Part shown: piece by piece, positions 38,401 through 50,951 of the stretch
Position numbering within the stretch: the first letter of the stretch is position 1
How the letters are laid out: the number at the start of each line of letters is the position of its first letter
From: Phoronis australis
Lineage: Eukaryota > Animalia > Phoronida
Direction of reading: 5' to 3'
DNA length: 64,000 bases
Assembly: GCA_002633005.1 (NCBI GenBank)
Contig: NMRA01000102.1
Location: 788,345 to 852,344, forward strand
Notes under the pieces: model-generated
Database searches by the model: none
What the model was told of the DNA's origin: nothing
The model's input: the letters and a program-made list of their open reading frames with translations, nothing else
Program-made: the position numbers and the translations under genes

Positions 38401-41400
38401 ACAATTTGCAAAGTTGTTCCTATCCTGGATGGGACAACACGAGCGTTTTTTCGGGCAGACCCGACTACTGCTGTGCCTCATAGTGGCAATTTATTTTTTT
38501 TATGCTTGCCTCTGTTAATGTGACAGGTTTTCATAAAATATAGCTTGTTAGGTATCTATTAAGAAGAGGACGACGCCACTTTCGGTTTTGGACAATCATC
38601 GGGTGTCACCGTGATCTCGTCCACGAGACAGCTTTCCCAGAACTGCTAAACAATATGCCGTGGAATTATGACCACATTTCGTTGGTTCACTCAAAAAATG
38701 TTCAGCAAATTGAAAATTTACGAGGAAGGAAGATTCAGAAATGGTCACTTTGCATTGCTTTTTATGCCCCTATTACAAGACATTGCAATGCCTTTATTAT
38801 CTGAAAATACCACGTGGAGACCATCTGACTGGATCTAAGTAAGATATTAAGCTATTATCGAAGTAACTGCATTGAAGTAAATGCGTTTCCCAGTAGATTC
38901 AACCTACATGTACTCAGCTACGCCCAATGTTGTTACGCCTCTCTTTGAGATGAACAATGTATCCCTACTGCGATGTGCATGGCTAACAATGGTTTTCGGA
39001 CGGACGCCATTGGGGTGGCGCCCCCAATTGGGATTTTTTGTTTACCGGTAACTCAACATTTACATGTGTACCGAGTTGATGTACCTTCATAAAACGTGCA
39101 TGTGTTCCTATTGAGGGTAGTTCAACTGACGTGGATTTTGGTGCGAATCTGACAACCGTGGAGTCTACTGCTGACCATGTTGGTTTTGTTTGCATCTTCT
39201 TGACTATCTTCCATAAGTTCCTTGACAGATATTCATGACATTTGGCAAATACGTTACTATAACGTAGGAGACTTCGTAGTTACCCTTTTTATTAGTCTTG
39301 TGTTCGTTATATATCTTCAGACTTCTTGTCCTCAAAGTACATAAAATGTGTCAGGTGTGTACCTGTTGAAGAGAGCTTGCTTTTCACCACCTGTAGACCA
39401 CATTTAGTTTGGTTGCATCGCTTAACTTACTATCGAAGTCACTAGCATGTCAATACTGTGATTAAGTGAAATTTGCTCAAACTACTAAGGATCTAGACTT
39501 ACGGAACGAATCCCAACTGTCATTCAGTTGCTTACAAGAGGGCGCTTTCTTCATTTGCACTACTTAGTGAATGTTGGGTTTTAATCATTTTTTGCTAGAA
39601 CGTGAAGTAAAGTCAATTTAGAAAACGCATTTTAAAAACACCAACTGAAGAAAAGACTACCCTGATTGATATTGGATATTTTTTAATTTGATTTCAACAC
39701 TGTCTATCACAGACAGAAATGACATATTATCTGTAAAAATCATTCATATATAACATTTTTATTAAGGTTGTCTACGTAACGGCGACTGCACCGTACATAT
39801 TTCTTACTATTCTGCTGATACGGGGACTAACATTAGACGGCGCTGTGGACGGAATATTATACTTCCTCACCCCAGACTTCGAAAGACTTAAGCACAAGGA
39901 GGTGAGACCTTTTAAAAAGTAAATTCGAGCATTGCCTTCACAGAAATTTTGACATGTGTCAGTTGTTGGAGGCAGGGGTAGGTGTAATTGGCAAATAGGT
40001 ATTTATTAAGGAGACGACGACGCTTTTCCGTTACGGATGATTCCGATGCATTCTGGGCCATCTTGTGATCATTTTACAGTTCTCACGTCTGTAGTTTGGC
40101 GTCCACCTCTCTATTTGGCAGATGTGTTCCTATCTAGAAAAAAATGATTGACGTTAATTTTCGGACGGCGGGCGCCGACTACTGTGGCGACAGTTTGATT
40201 TTGCGTCAGCGACTCAAGAAAATGTTCAGAGATTATCGGAAGTGGCCAAGCCCAAAACTTCGATTTCCAAAATGCATGTGACTTGAGTTGGTAACGGAAA
40301 TGCAACTCTATTACAGCGATGACTATATAATTATGGGACCTATTTTATGAGAGTAATTCGATTTTCATTTTTATCCAGCTGTTATAATGTGAAGGCAGTT
40401 TTTTTGCAAAAATGGGCTCCGGCTGCAAGTGAAGCCCCCTTGAAGTAATGAATGTGTGTAGAATTGACCGGAAGGCGTCTTTCTTAAAACACTTCCGTAT
40501 ACGTCTGTTACAGGTATGGGCACTAGGGGCGCTACAGATTTTCTTTTCGCTTGGGCCAGCTTGGGGAAGTCTTATAACTATGTCAAGTTATAACAAGTTC
40601 CATCACAATGTTTACAGGTATGTTGCTTGTTTTCATTTTAGTAAGGTGACAAATTTGACCAGTGCTGGATATTCAGGAATGCAAAGGAGCAATTTCCTGG
40701 TGTCCCCTCACAGATGAGTCCTTAATATGTAGGACACAGACATGCAGAACACACGAAAAGATGGGAATTACTTAGACCATAGCGCCCTTTACGTGTCAGC
40801 ATTGTCACTTAGTACGATCACCTACACTGTTTTTGTATTGATCGTGTAAAACATTGAGTCATTGGTAGATGCTCATGCTCGCATTCCCACAATGTTGATT
40901 TAGACACCTGTGGGGATGTTTTTCTCTATGTTTCTGTTTTCGCTTTAGTTTCGAACGGGGACTGTCCATCCCGGGCTCCATCCTTCATTTAGCGTTGTTG
41001 TGGTTTAATAGTATTCCTGGAAAAAGAAACGCACGGAATTGTGAGGGTTCATTACATGTTAAAGAAAATGTTTGAAGTTGGTATTTAACATTACGCTATA
41101 TCTCACAAATACAAATAGTAGTGATAATGAAACACATAGTCGCAGTTTCAAAATCGGAATTCATAAACCGAATTGCATCGTCCACACTGACATTTCCATT
41201 CGGTGATTTCTACGCAGTACTGACTTTCATTGCATAGACTATCTCACGCTTCTTATTCTAGGGATGCAATGATTGTACCAGTTGTGAACTGCCTTACAAG
41301 TTTCTACGCTGGTTTTGTAATTTTCTCTGTGATTGGTTTCATGGCGAAAGCGGCCAAGAGTACAGTTCCAGATGTCATTACGCAAGGTAAGAACGAGCCG

Positions 41401-44400
41401 TCAGTTTCCTTGCTTTTTAGCAGCAGTTCCACTGGAAGCACACCCCCCCACCTCATAAGAAACTCGTGGGTACCGAAAAGAGGTGACTTCAAAATGTCTG
41501 TATCCCTAATGCTTTTTACCTTCGTGCAGTTTGTAATAACCGTTTATTTCATTTGATACTCAATGTAATGGTCGAAGTCAGATAGCAGGCAAACACATGC
41601 AATAGCTTGCGTTCTATTTATTACACAATATGTGACAATTCGTTATTTTATTTTGTATTCCACTACTCTATACTGGAAGTTCATTTACTTTACGTTAGAT
41701 ATCATTAACTTACTATACAGTACGTGTTTCCCCAGTTTATCCACGCTCATTCGATACAATAATATTCGTTCTTTTCCGTACGACATTACAACGTACACGA
41801 TAACATCACACGGAAATGGAGGAATTTTGTACCGAACGACCTTAGGTATATCATTATTTTGCGGACGTTTCTACTCCTTGTGGTTGGTTTCGTATTAAGT
41901 TGTTTTATTTCCGGTTCCCAATTGGTTGCTAGGTCAGGTGTATGTTTCTTTGTCAGTATCCGTTGGATGTTTCAATTCTTTGATTTCCTCCTTGTGTTCT
42001 CTCATGTTACGTGTTTTTATAACATCTTGTTACCTATTGTTATTTGTTGACGAAGAACGCACGTTCGGATGACTCGGTCATTAATGTATGCATGTTAGTT
42101 TTTACCTTCTTTAATGTGATATTTTATTTGTTAACGGCATGCCATAGCTTACACTCACATCCCAGTCAACAATGTCTCTGTTTTCAGGACCTGGACTTGC
42201 GTTCGTGGCATACCCGGAGGCATTGACAAAGCTCCCCATATCACCAATGTGGGCCATTATGTTCTTTCTGACACTCCTTACTATAGGGTTGGATAGCCAG
42301 GTACGCTTAACGAGTTTTCCAAATGTGGCTTAACATCTGTGACCGCAAATATTTTTGTTTCCAATCGCGTTGTTTTTTTAATCTTCATTACGTTTTTTGT
42401 CCAACCGTTGGCGACTAGCAGATCTTTTAGCTGTCAAAAGTCATGTATGCCATGGCATAGACACAAACACACATTCAAAGTTATACAAGCGTATCTGCTA
42501 ATTTCAAACCCCAGAAAAAAAACATCATTTCATTAATCTCGGGCATCAAAATCCAACCTGAGACATTGTTCGGTAAAGCCTTTCTGGTTATTTTACAGTT
42601 TGGTATGTTGGAGACAGTAATCAGCGGGATCATTGACGAATATCCACGATATCTGCGCAACCGGAAGGTGTTGTCGTGTGGTGTTGTCTGCCTCTTGCAA
42701 TTCCTCCTTGGCATTCCTCTTGTTACGCAGGTGACGTAGTTCTTAATGACTCTTTCCTGTTGTTCCCAAAAGTAGCTTCAGATTGTGATGAAGTAATTGC
42801 ACACGTCTAATATTTTAACAGGAAATTATTTCAAAAACCTAATGAATGTGCAGTATTGTGTGATTGTCTAAAACTCAAAAATCGTTGCCAAAGTCAAATT
42901 GTTGCATGGGACAACTCGTACAGTACGCTAACACTAAAGACCCTTAGTCACCAAACGCTAAAAGCGCGCCTAAGCCAGACAGTAACTAACTCGCCATTTT
43001 GTAAAGATTACATGTAATTAAATGCGTGGCTCAGCAGCGCTGCTGAAGAAAATCTATTCGCTAATTAATGCAACAATTTTAAGAATTCCAAGACGTCTAA
43101 TGTTTACTTTTCAATGTCACAGTCATGTTTGACGTTTGCCTTACTTATTGTTCGATTTTTTTCGTTTGACCCGTCCACTCTCGTACAAAGTGTACGAATT
43201 GCCTGGTTCATGTATCAGGAATGGGACTGAATAGTTACCGCCATTTCAGCCATTGAGCCCAGCTATCAGAAGTGGAAAGCGAGGTAATACGCTTACTTGA
43301 ACCGGTTGATGTTCTCGGAGCATAATCACTGCATCACCACTTCCGGTTCGAATAAGTTCTACTTTTGTTTAACTTCCTGTTCATAAACTCGACAGAAAAT
43401 GTTCAAAATACCGAATTTTATGAAGCAAAATATGTCAAATTGACCAAAAGCACTTAAAAAGGTAGCCGTCCCCGCTTAAACAGAAGCTGTAATAGTCAAC
43501 AGGCTAGCTCTTCAGTCATAAATTAAACTTTCGTTGACTAAGTAAAAATAGTGAACCGGTGTCCCGCTTGAATTCGTTTTAGGCCGGAGTTTACATTTTT
43601 CAAGTAATGGATTGGTACATAGGAGCCATTGGGGTCATGTTAATCGCCTTGCTCGAATGCCTCGTGGTGGCGTGGGTGTATGGTAGGTAAAACTAGATAT
43701 TAATGTATAGATAGTTATATAACAGGATTTCTCCACAATTATTCTCAAGACAACGGAAATGTCAGACGTCAGTTTTTCTTACAAATTGTTGAAATCTAAT
43801 TAGAACCAACATCATGTATTATTCATCACACCGATGCAGTTTAATACAATCTGATTTTTACTGACGCTGTGTTATGAAAAAAACAGTTTGTCTCATTTAC
43901 TGAAGTGCGTCAAGATTTTATGTCTTTCCAATTATTTTGTTTAGGAGCTACTCGTTTCCGTAAAGAGATTGCTATGATGACTGGTACCATGCCGTCAGTC
44001 ATCTGGGAAGTTTTCTGGCGCGGGATTTCACCCGTTGTCATATTTGTAAGTATTAGTATTGCTGGCACGTTTTGCTGATAGCTGAAAATGCAAGTTTTGC
44101 GTCGCAAAATTTTATTTACTTTCCTAACTAGAAACTTGAATGATTAAAACACGACTGCGGTGATGTTCGGATGATTTCAATTAGTTTGTCAGTCTTGTTT
44201 TTGACTGTGGCTCAAAGTCTTCCAAGTCGAATTCCTTGATGGATTTCCATGAAATATCATGTTTGTTTCTATTTGCATATCGGGAAGTGTACATTTGGCA
44301 TGGATTTTGAGCTTGGTTCGAATATACTGTGTAGCTTGCAATTGGTAATTTGTGTTTTCGTTTAGTTTATCTCGATACCTAACGAGTTGGTTTTTCATGG

Positions 44401-46260
44401 GATTTCGCAAATAAAACATTAACACGAACACAACAGCCCAGTCCCGTTTCAGACGAATTTGACCTACGCCACGCCCCCCTGGTGGCTTTCTCGCGTAATG
44501 TACTTATTGGGACAAGACTGAGCGTCCTAGGAGTTATTTTATCGTTGCATAATTTAATGGAAGTATTTGAAATAACGACCATCCCTTTCATCTGCGCATC
44601 TGCACTGAGTGCATGTCAACTATCCGCGATAATTTGAGATATTAAAAACAGGGTCCTTTCGTCAATAGCACCACCTAGTGAATTTCGCGTCGCTTTGGTC
44701 TATATTAGGCTATGTCGATTCAGCTTACGCGGGTGTCACTTGATGCGTTGTTCTTCATCATGCATTTAATGTTTTGCTTTAAGCTAGCGTTCTAATTTAC
44801 GTTTCAACAGGTGGCGCTCATTGTTGGTCTCCAAGGCTACGGAAATCCGACTTACGGAGACTACTCGTACCCTCAGCACGTCATAACTATTGGCTGGATT
44901 CTGGCCTCCCTGTCGGTTATTCCTATACCCCTGTATATGATATATATACTGTACCACACTGAGGGCTCGTTTGTGGAGGTAATTCGTTTTAAAATGGTCT
45001 TGCACTGTAGAATTACTCTAATCGAAACTTATTACGTCAAAATCTCCATTTTGCCCCTTTGTTTAACACTCCTCCATGGTCAATCTCAGTTACCGTTACT
45101 AAAGTAATGTAGAAACCAGCCAATCATACGGGATTATATGATATATTATTTTCACAGAATAGGTATTGTTTCTGAAACAAACAAAGAAAAGGAATCCAGT
45201 TCTCTGAATCTTGCCGATTTTGCGTGCTTAAATACTCGGATAGACCTACATTGTAAATTTATGCTCGCAGATACACAAAGCCTTCATAACCTTAACAAGA
45301 TGTAGCATATACACGTACGTTAAGTTTACAAAGAAAATTAACACAAGGACGCTGATTGGCATGCGCAAACTTATGTCCAGTGGCAATCTCTCAAACGTTT
45401 CAACATCTGCGGACCCACTCTACACGTAACTAATCAATTCTATTGAGAGATATCTACAGTATATCATCCGAATATTGTATCCCGATGTTTGCCAGCATTT
45501 TTAAAAATTCTTTGCGATCTGTCATGTCGGTAGTTACTCACAGCTGCGCTGTGAGATATTCACATATTTCTCACAAATTTTAGTAGAAAATGGCTCAAAA
45601 TGTCCTCTCATGAAAGCAATTGTGTTCCATGCTAGTCAACATTTCCAGGCCCGCCGTGCTCACCGGAATTCGTAATTGGTTCTAGCCAAAGACGTTTTTG
45701 CCCTCTTACACTGATGAATGAGTTTTAATTTGAATATTCCCTATTGAAACGATTTTGTGGAATAGAAATGGATATTAGGTTGTGATTTTATTTGCGGAGA
45801 CTGTCAAAGTTCTATGGTGTCCAGTTTATTTTAAAAACTCCTGAAGGTCTTGAAGACGGCTTATGGCGAACCCGGAACCCTCTTTGAGCGGTCTGGCGTC
45901 CATAGCTGTCCTTCAGAGCGTGTTTTCGGGAGCTTCACTGTTTTAAAAATTTAAAACGGTAACAAATTTGTTACGTCAAAGCTAGGTGAATTAAATCATG
46001 CCCTTGTAAAAAAGGTACCTAACTGGTTCACTAAAATGATATCATTTTAGAGAGTAAAGAAGCAGCTTCGTCCTTCAAAGGAATGGGGTCCATGGTTGGA
46101 TGACTATAGAGACGAGTATGACCACTTGACTGGGCCTTTGCAACCAACAGAATATTACGTTAAAATGGCCTCGTTGAAAAGAAAAGGCGAAAAGAAAGAT
46201 GATACTGAAAAGGAATTGCTCAAAAGCGTCGAAAGTGTAGAGCTAAAAAATGCTGTCTGA
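29425..46260 (+). CDS. SLC6 sodium- and chloride-dependent amino-acid/neurotransmitter transporter, glycine-transporter-like, 637 aa, 13 coding exons
   Basis: Exons, all GT-AG and phase-compatible, total 1914 nt: 29425-29608, 30364-30495, 31121-31397, 33000-33132, 39767-39901, 40514-40617, 41262-41386, 42188-42300, 42599-42730, 43583-43682, 43945-44045, 44811-44978, 46051-46260 (TGA). Signature motifs: [100 protein letters not shown]. Confidence 0.95.
30094..30324 (+). mobile_element. tRNA-derived SINE (same family as 17065-17260) in an SLC6 intron
   Basis: A box TGGCCTAGTAG and B box GGTTCGAGTCC; body TAATAAACCATAAAAATGGTTC...CACCTGAG...TACAACGCGT shared with the other copy. Confidence 0.72.
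30557..30715. mobile_element. MITE (PIF/Harbinger-like foldback, about 160 bp)
   Basis: Left end CCAGGGGTGCGTTCATTAAC against reverse complement of the right end CCAGGCTCTCGTTCAGTAAC; subterminal sequence is also self-complementary. Confidence 0.55.
36019..37160 (+). mobile_element. Helentron/HINE-like non-autonomous element with diverged internal repeats of about 150 bp
   Basis: Shares the head (TATTGCCGTCATCT...CGTCCGG...GCTGTATCT), the repeat units (ATGAAAATTGGCA...TTTTCG...CCTAGTGGC) and the tail motif GCACCGTTT with the element at 59003-60300. Confidence 0.6.
38300..39550 (+). repeat. More diverged relative of the same repeat-array element (patchy; similar units also at about 39930-40250)
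   Basis: CCGTCTGTCCGGTCC head, GTGCCTCATAGTGGCAAT, GGTATCTATTAAGAAGAGGACGACGCCACTTTCGG and TTCATGACATTTGGCAAA units. Confidence 0.4.
41738..41839. repeat. Short palindromic MITE-like repeat, copy A
   Basis: ATCCACGCTCATTCGATACAA...TTTTCCGTA...CACGGAAATGGA...TTTGTACCGAA is self-complementary and homologous to 49701-49824. Confidence 0.6.
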
Positions 46261-49239
46261 GCACGTTGAACGTAAAATAAAGTATACTCATATATTTACC
46301 ATGTAGGTGAACGCGGGTGAATCCGTTTTTCACCACGCTCTGTGCTTCAATAGTATCCCTCGTATTAGGCAGGGCCTAATTCAATGGACGAGCTTTAGTA
46401 AATATCCAATACACGGGTCTGGTCGAAAAGTTTCCTGTCTTTATACTGTATGCTTGCTTGCTCGCAGTTTAAACTGATGTTTTTTTTTCAAAATAACATC
46501 GACAGATTTTGACAAAGATCCACCAAAATTAAAGAAAACTCTTGCCAGAACTATTCGGCAGTGTAGAAGAGGTTGTGTCGCAACTAGCGTTGTTGGCGAG
46601 GTTTATTGTGACGTCACTGTTCCTAGCCGCTAGTTGTTTATTGATGCGATCACTTGCGCAGTAAGATGTTGCGATTTCGACATTGTAAATGGAGCAACTT
46701 TTATCTAAATTTTGTCGAGAACTAGTAGGACTGAATTGAAAAGGTTTCTCGTCGGAGATAACTGAACCTTTTTATTATCGGTTTTGTGCAAATTTCGACG
46801 TTATCCACTTTACTTTGAAAAATGTTGTTTCTGGTGGTATACAAATGTGGACCGATCCCGTTAGCAAAATCATGTTGTCGAGTGGGAACAACATTACCAT
46901 TTCAAGATTCGTGTAGTCTGACATGAAGGAGTTATCGGTATATGTGGGTCTTATTGTACGACTACTGATATTTCCTATCCCCAATTTCATCGACTGTGAT
47001 TTAAATAATATATGCCGTTTCCTGCTTGCGAAGTACGACGTCGTCTTCTCGGTAGCTTTATACAATCAGGTGTTTGGTTTCTGCAGCTTGTATTTTGGTC
47101 ATAACAAGAATATCGACGTGTGGTTGACGTCCGAGTGGCTTGAATTACACAAATGATATTTCATGGCTAGCCGGGCAACGTCACCCCATAAAAGAGGTCA
47201 TAGTACCGTGTTTTAGCCAATCAGAATTCAGAAGTATCAGTGGTCGTATATAAGAACTTATGATAATACTAGAACTGTATTTCGCTCTGTTTAGTTGGTT
47301 TCAAAATTAAAATTGAATTGGACCGTTTACTTTTGTGAAATCTGACTCACAAATCGTCCTTTCCAATACTCGATTTGTTACTAAGAAGAACACCGAATCT
47401 ATCGGATACTCGAAAAACCTATTTTGAGTTTACTGGAGTTGGCAAACTCTAACATCAAGAATTTGAACACGGTGGTGCATACACATTGCCTGTCACTTGA
47501 ACTGCCTATTCATTTGGATTTGATAAATGTGGCAATGTGTTATACCCCAAAGCGCTTTGGTTGAAAATTCAACTTTCGCAGCTAAGCAGGAGAGAAATTC
47601 CCCTTTAACCTTTTTAAGACCAATGTCGATTCACTTGTGATCTGAATTAGTAATAATAGCCGCACAACGATGAGGAAGTGCTCTGAAAGGATTGGGAGAC
47701 TGTTGTAGTGAATATAAGAGATTAGTGAGGAGGAGTGTTTTTTTTTAACCTGGGAGCGACACATTAGTCGTGGGTGGACTTATATCTGGTATTTTTGTAT
47801 CCTTCAACGTATTTAAGGGTTGCCGCTTTAACCTTGAATTTATTTCAAATTCGTGCGACAGATGGCATAATCGGTAGCCACCATCCGGGGATGGTGGCAC
47901 CCAGGGTAGTGAACTGAAGGGCGACAAGCTAGGGAGCCTAGAATATTTGCCGTGATCTGTGATATTTGGCAAAACCAAGTTGTGAATCGTAAAATTGATA
48001 GTTTAAAATGTCTGATCCCTCACGTCACCCCCTCCACCCCCCTCCACCCCCCCTCCACCNNNNNNTTCTCCNGGTAGCAAAATAAACCGTGACAAGAGGT
48101 AGAAGCGCATACATGTACAAGAAGAGAGCGTGAACGTAACACACGGCGGGAAACTCACACAAATAAGGAAACACGACCAACCTGCGGTAATGACTCCTGT
48201 GAGCTGCACGTGTCATTCAGAACAGGTTTTTCATGGCTGATCAACAGATACTTCAAAATCTTAACCGAAGTGTATCATTTTCCATATATCCAATAGTGGT
48301 ATTATACACTGTTTCCTTCCTAGATATTTTCCGACGACGTTGACGCAAACATGCTCTCGAGTGGGTCAACACTGCAATTACAGTGGTGCGAGAGAGTAAT
48401 CTAACGCTGCTCACGAGAGTAAGGACGGAGCCATCCATGCATTCGACACTTAAATTTATAAAGTGTTACATCTAGAAACTTGTCCCAATCTTTCACGACT
48501 GGGGTTGTATTTCATGACGAGGTTACGTGACTATATATCCTATCGGATAGTAAAAAACCAGGTACACCTGGTTTGACGATTTCGACGTTGTCGCGTATGA
48601 TGCTGTTATAGGGGCACAGAACAATTCTCACAAGGTTTTGCCTAGCAGAACGCACATCAATGGCTTGTCATATTTTCTTCACTCCGTCGAAAACCGTATG
48701 CCAACTGTGAAGACTTATGAGTTATTTCACATCAAAAGCCCCACACATGGTTACAGACTGGAACTTTATATCTTCTTGTATTTTTGCCCCTTTCACTCCA
48801 GCTGATTAGCAACGTAGTTTTAAAAGCAAAGAGTTGGTCCTATTCACCGCAAAACTACCACTTACCTGCAGATGCCCGACACAAGCCAACATTAGTAGAT
48901 TCTGAAGGCAAATTGCTTCAGAGTGTGCTGTCAACCAACCAGTTCTTTTAAATTCTGGTTTGTTTTAGGGCCACCTGAAATCTCAGTCGATTTCTCATTC
49001 GCTACTGGGCAATGCAGTAATGCAGCACGGTGCCGTCAGTTGAAGAAGAGTGCAAATGATTACAGCCGAACAAGTGGTATTTTCTCACTTCAGCATGTTC
49101 AAAAATACAAACAAACCAGGTTCACTTAGCATCGAATTCCTAAAAAATTCCCAAAGCCCGGTCTACTCCTAAAATTTAATTGTTTGCCGAACTGAAAATC
49201 GGTGACGGTTAACTCAGTGTTCAGTGCCACCTTAAGCCT

Positions 49240-49510
49240 TACTCACTGGCATACAGTTCTTATAATACACATTTTTAGTGGTAAGAGCGCCTGGTTTAGT
49301 GAAACCACGAGAGTCAGTCCGGCCTGGATATGAAGGAGCTAACGTATTCATCAACAAATAATTAGTACAACCGTTCTTAACAAAAACTTGTTTAATACGT
49401 TGAACTTCAACATTGAATGCATTCCAACCAGTTGATATCTGGAGCGCCCTCTTGAGGTAACTAGTCAAAACGGCTAGTTTGTAGCGTTCAGGGCAGTCAC
49501 TGTTGGCATG
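49240..49510 (-). mobile_element. Penelope-like retroelement fragment (region C-terminal to the RT core)
   Basis: SDCPERYKLAVLTSYLKRALQISTGWNAFNVEVQRIKQVFVKNG matches the S.CP..YK..V....RA..IC..W..F..E...IK..L..NGY pattern of Penelope/GIY-YIG element ORFs. Confidence 0.7.
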
Positions 49511-49700
49511 TACAAGCAGTGACAGTTGTGTTTCAATCAAAAGTGTGTTGATGAAGGGCTGCTTCTGAACTATGCTGTTAATCATTTGCCAACATTGTAT
49601 TCACAAATGCTCTGAAGATATGATTCACTACCAGGGATTCTGCATTTAATACTGCACTTTTACCGGAAGCGCTGATCCTACCATGAATCATAGTCCCGAT

Positions 49701-49824
49701 TAATCCACGCTCATACAATACAATTATCCGTCATTTTCCGTAGGAAGTTATAATGCATAAATAGTAATAAACACGAAAACGTTACACGGAAATGGACGAA
49801 CTTTGTATCGAATGAGCATGAATG
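49701..49824. repeat. Short palindromic MITE-like repeat, copy B
   Basis: Left arm ATCCACGCTCATACAATACAATTATCCGTCATTTTCCGT pairs imperfectly with right arm ACGGAAATGGACGAACTTTGTATCGAATGAGCATGAA. Confidence 0.6.
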
Positions 49825-50951
49825 AAGACAAGTCACCGGCGATCCGCACATGCGCCAAAAGTTTCCCAATCCGCAATTTCAGGTTGGTTAACACAGAATG
49901 CCCTTCTCATGGCCACGTCATCGTGACTGTGTTATTGAGGTTCTTGTTGATATTGTTAACAGCTTCCCATCGTAGAGAGTTTGTGGCAGTAAAACCGGTG
50001 ATGTCCCTTTATAGTGCTATCTCTATTTTAAGATATGTGCAACATTGCAAAAGAATATTTTGGAAACCTTACATGAACCATTACTCTACATACTAACGGT
50101 TAATGTTTTCTTGTGCATGCGCTCACATCGTGGTGTAACTGTGCGCAGAGTTTCCGTTGCTGTTGTGCTTGTTACCATGCTAAGAAATTGCAAACACGTA
50201 ATGAAGCTATTGGGAATTACCCCCACGACAGTTTTGAAAGTAAGAATACCACCGCACAGTAGCCCTTGAAAAGACGTTTTAGTGCATGGTTGTGTCCATA
50301 GGGAGGTGATCTGGGTATTTCGGATATCGCCTCAGTATATGTGTACTGTCAGTGCAATATCAACTTTACGCAAAGTGAGGACGTTCAGGTACCCATTGGG
50401 TGAATTTTTGATTGGATTTTAAGTTTTCTTAGTCGGCATATGCGTGCATTCGTAGGTCATAGGTGGTGGATACTTTTTTCTTAACTTGAAAAATAGACGG
50501 CGCCCTCGTCGCATAATTCAGGTCACTATTGATATAATGATCAATATTTGCTTGCCAACGTCTTTTGTAAGACCAGGTACACATGCCATTGTGCAATCTC
50601 AATACATGAAATGGCCGAACAATACGAGCTGTTGTGTCAATTCAGTGTGTGCTTCAGTTGGAAATAGGGAAAGGCCTTACCTGTGGTGAGATTCTGATCA
50701 CTGCGTCAGCGGAGTATTGGGACTGTGTTAAACGATTGATCTGTTCGTTGTGTAAATTCCACTGAGATCAAGCCAGTTCAGTAGTGTTGGTTTTACTACT
50801 CGAGAGGTGCGTCATGTTCCCGAATTATGTGAGAAAAAAATGTAACCTACATATGCATTAGATATAGGCGTAATCTAGTCATCGGGCCTATCGTTTATAG
50901 AGGCAAGACCACATTTCGCCAGTCCGTTTTGGATAACGAAAACCTTATGAA

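Noticed and set aside
48028-48072. C-rich CCCCCTCCA repeats (G-quadruplex potential on minus) beside Ns
   Set aside because: Low-complexity tract at a low-quality gap; length and sequence are unreliable.
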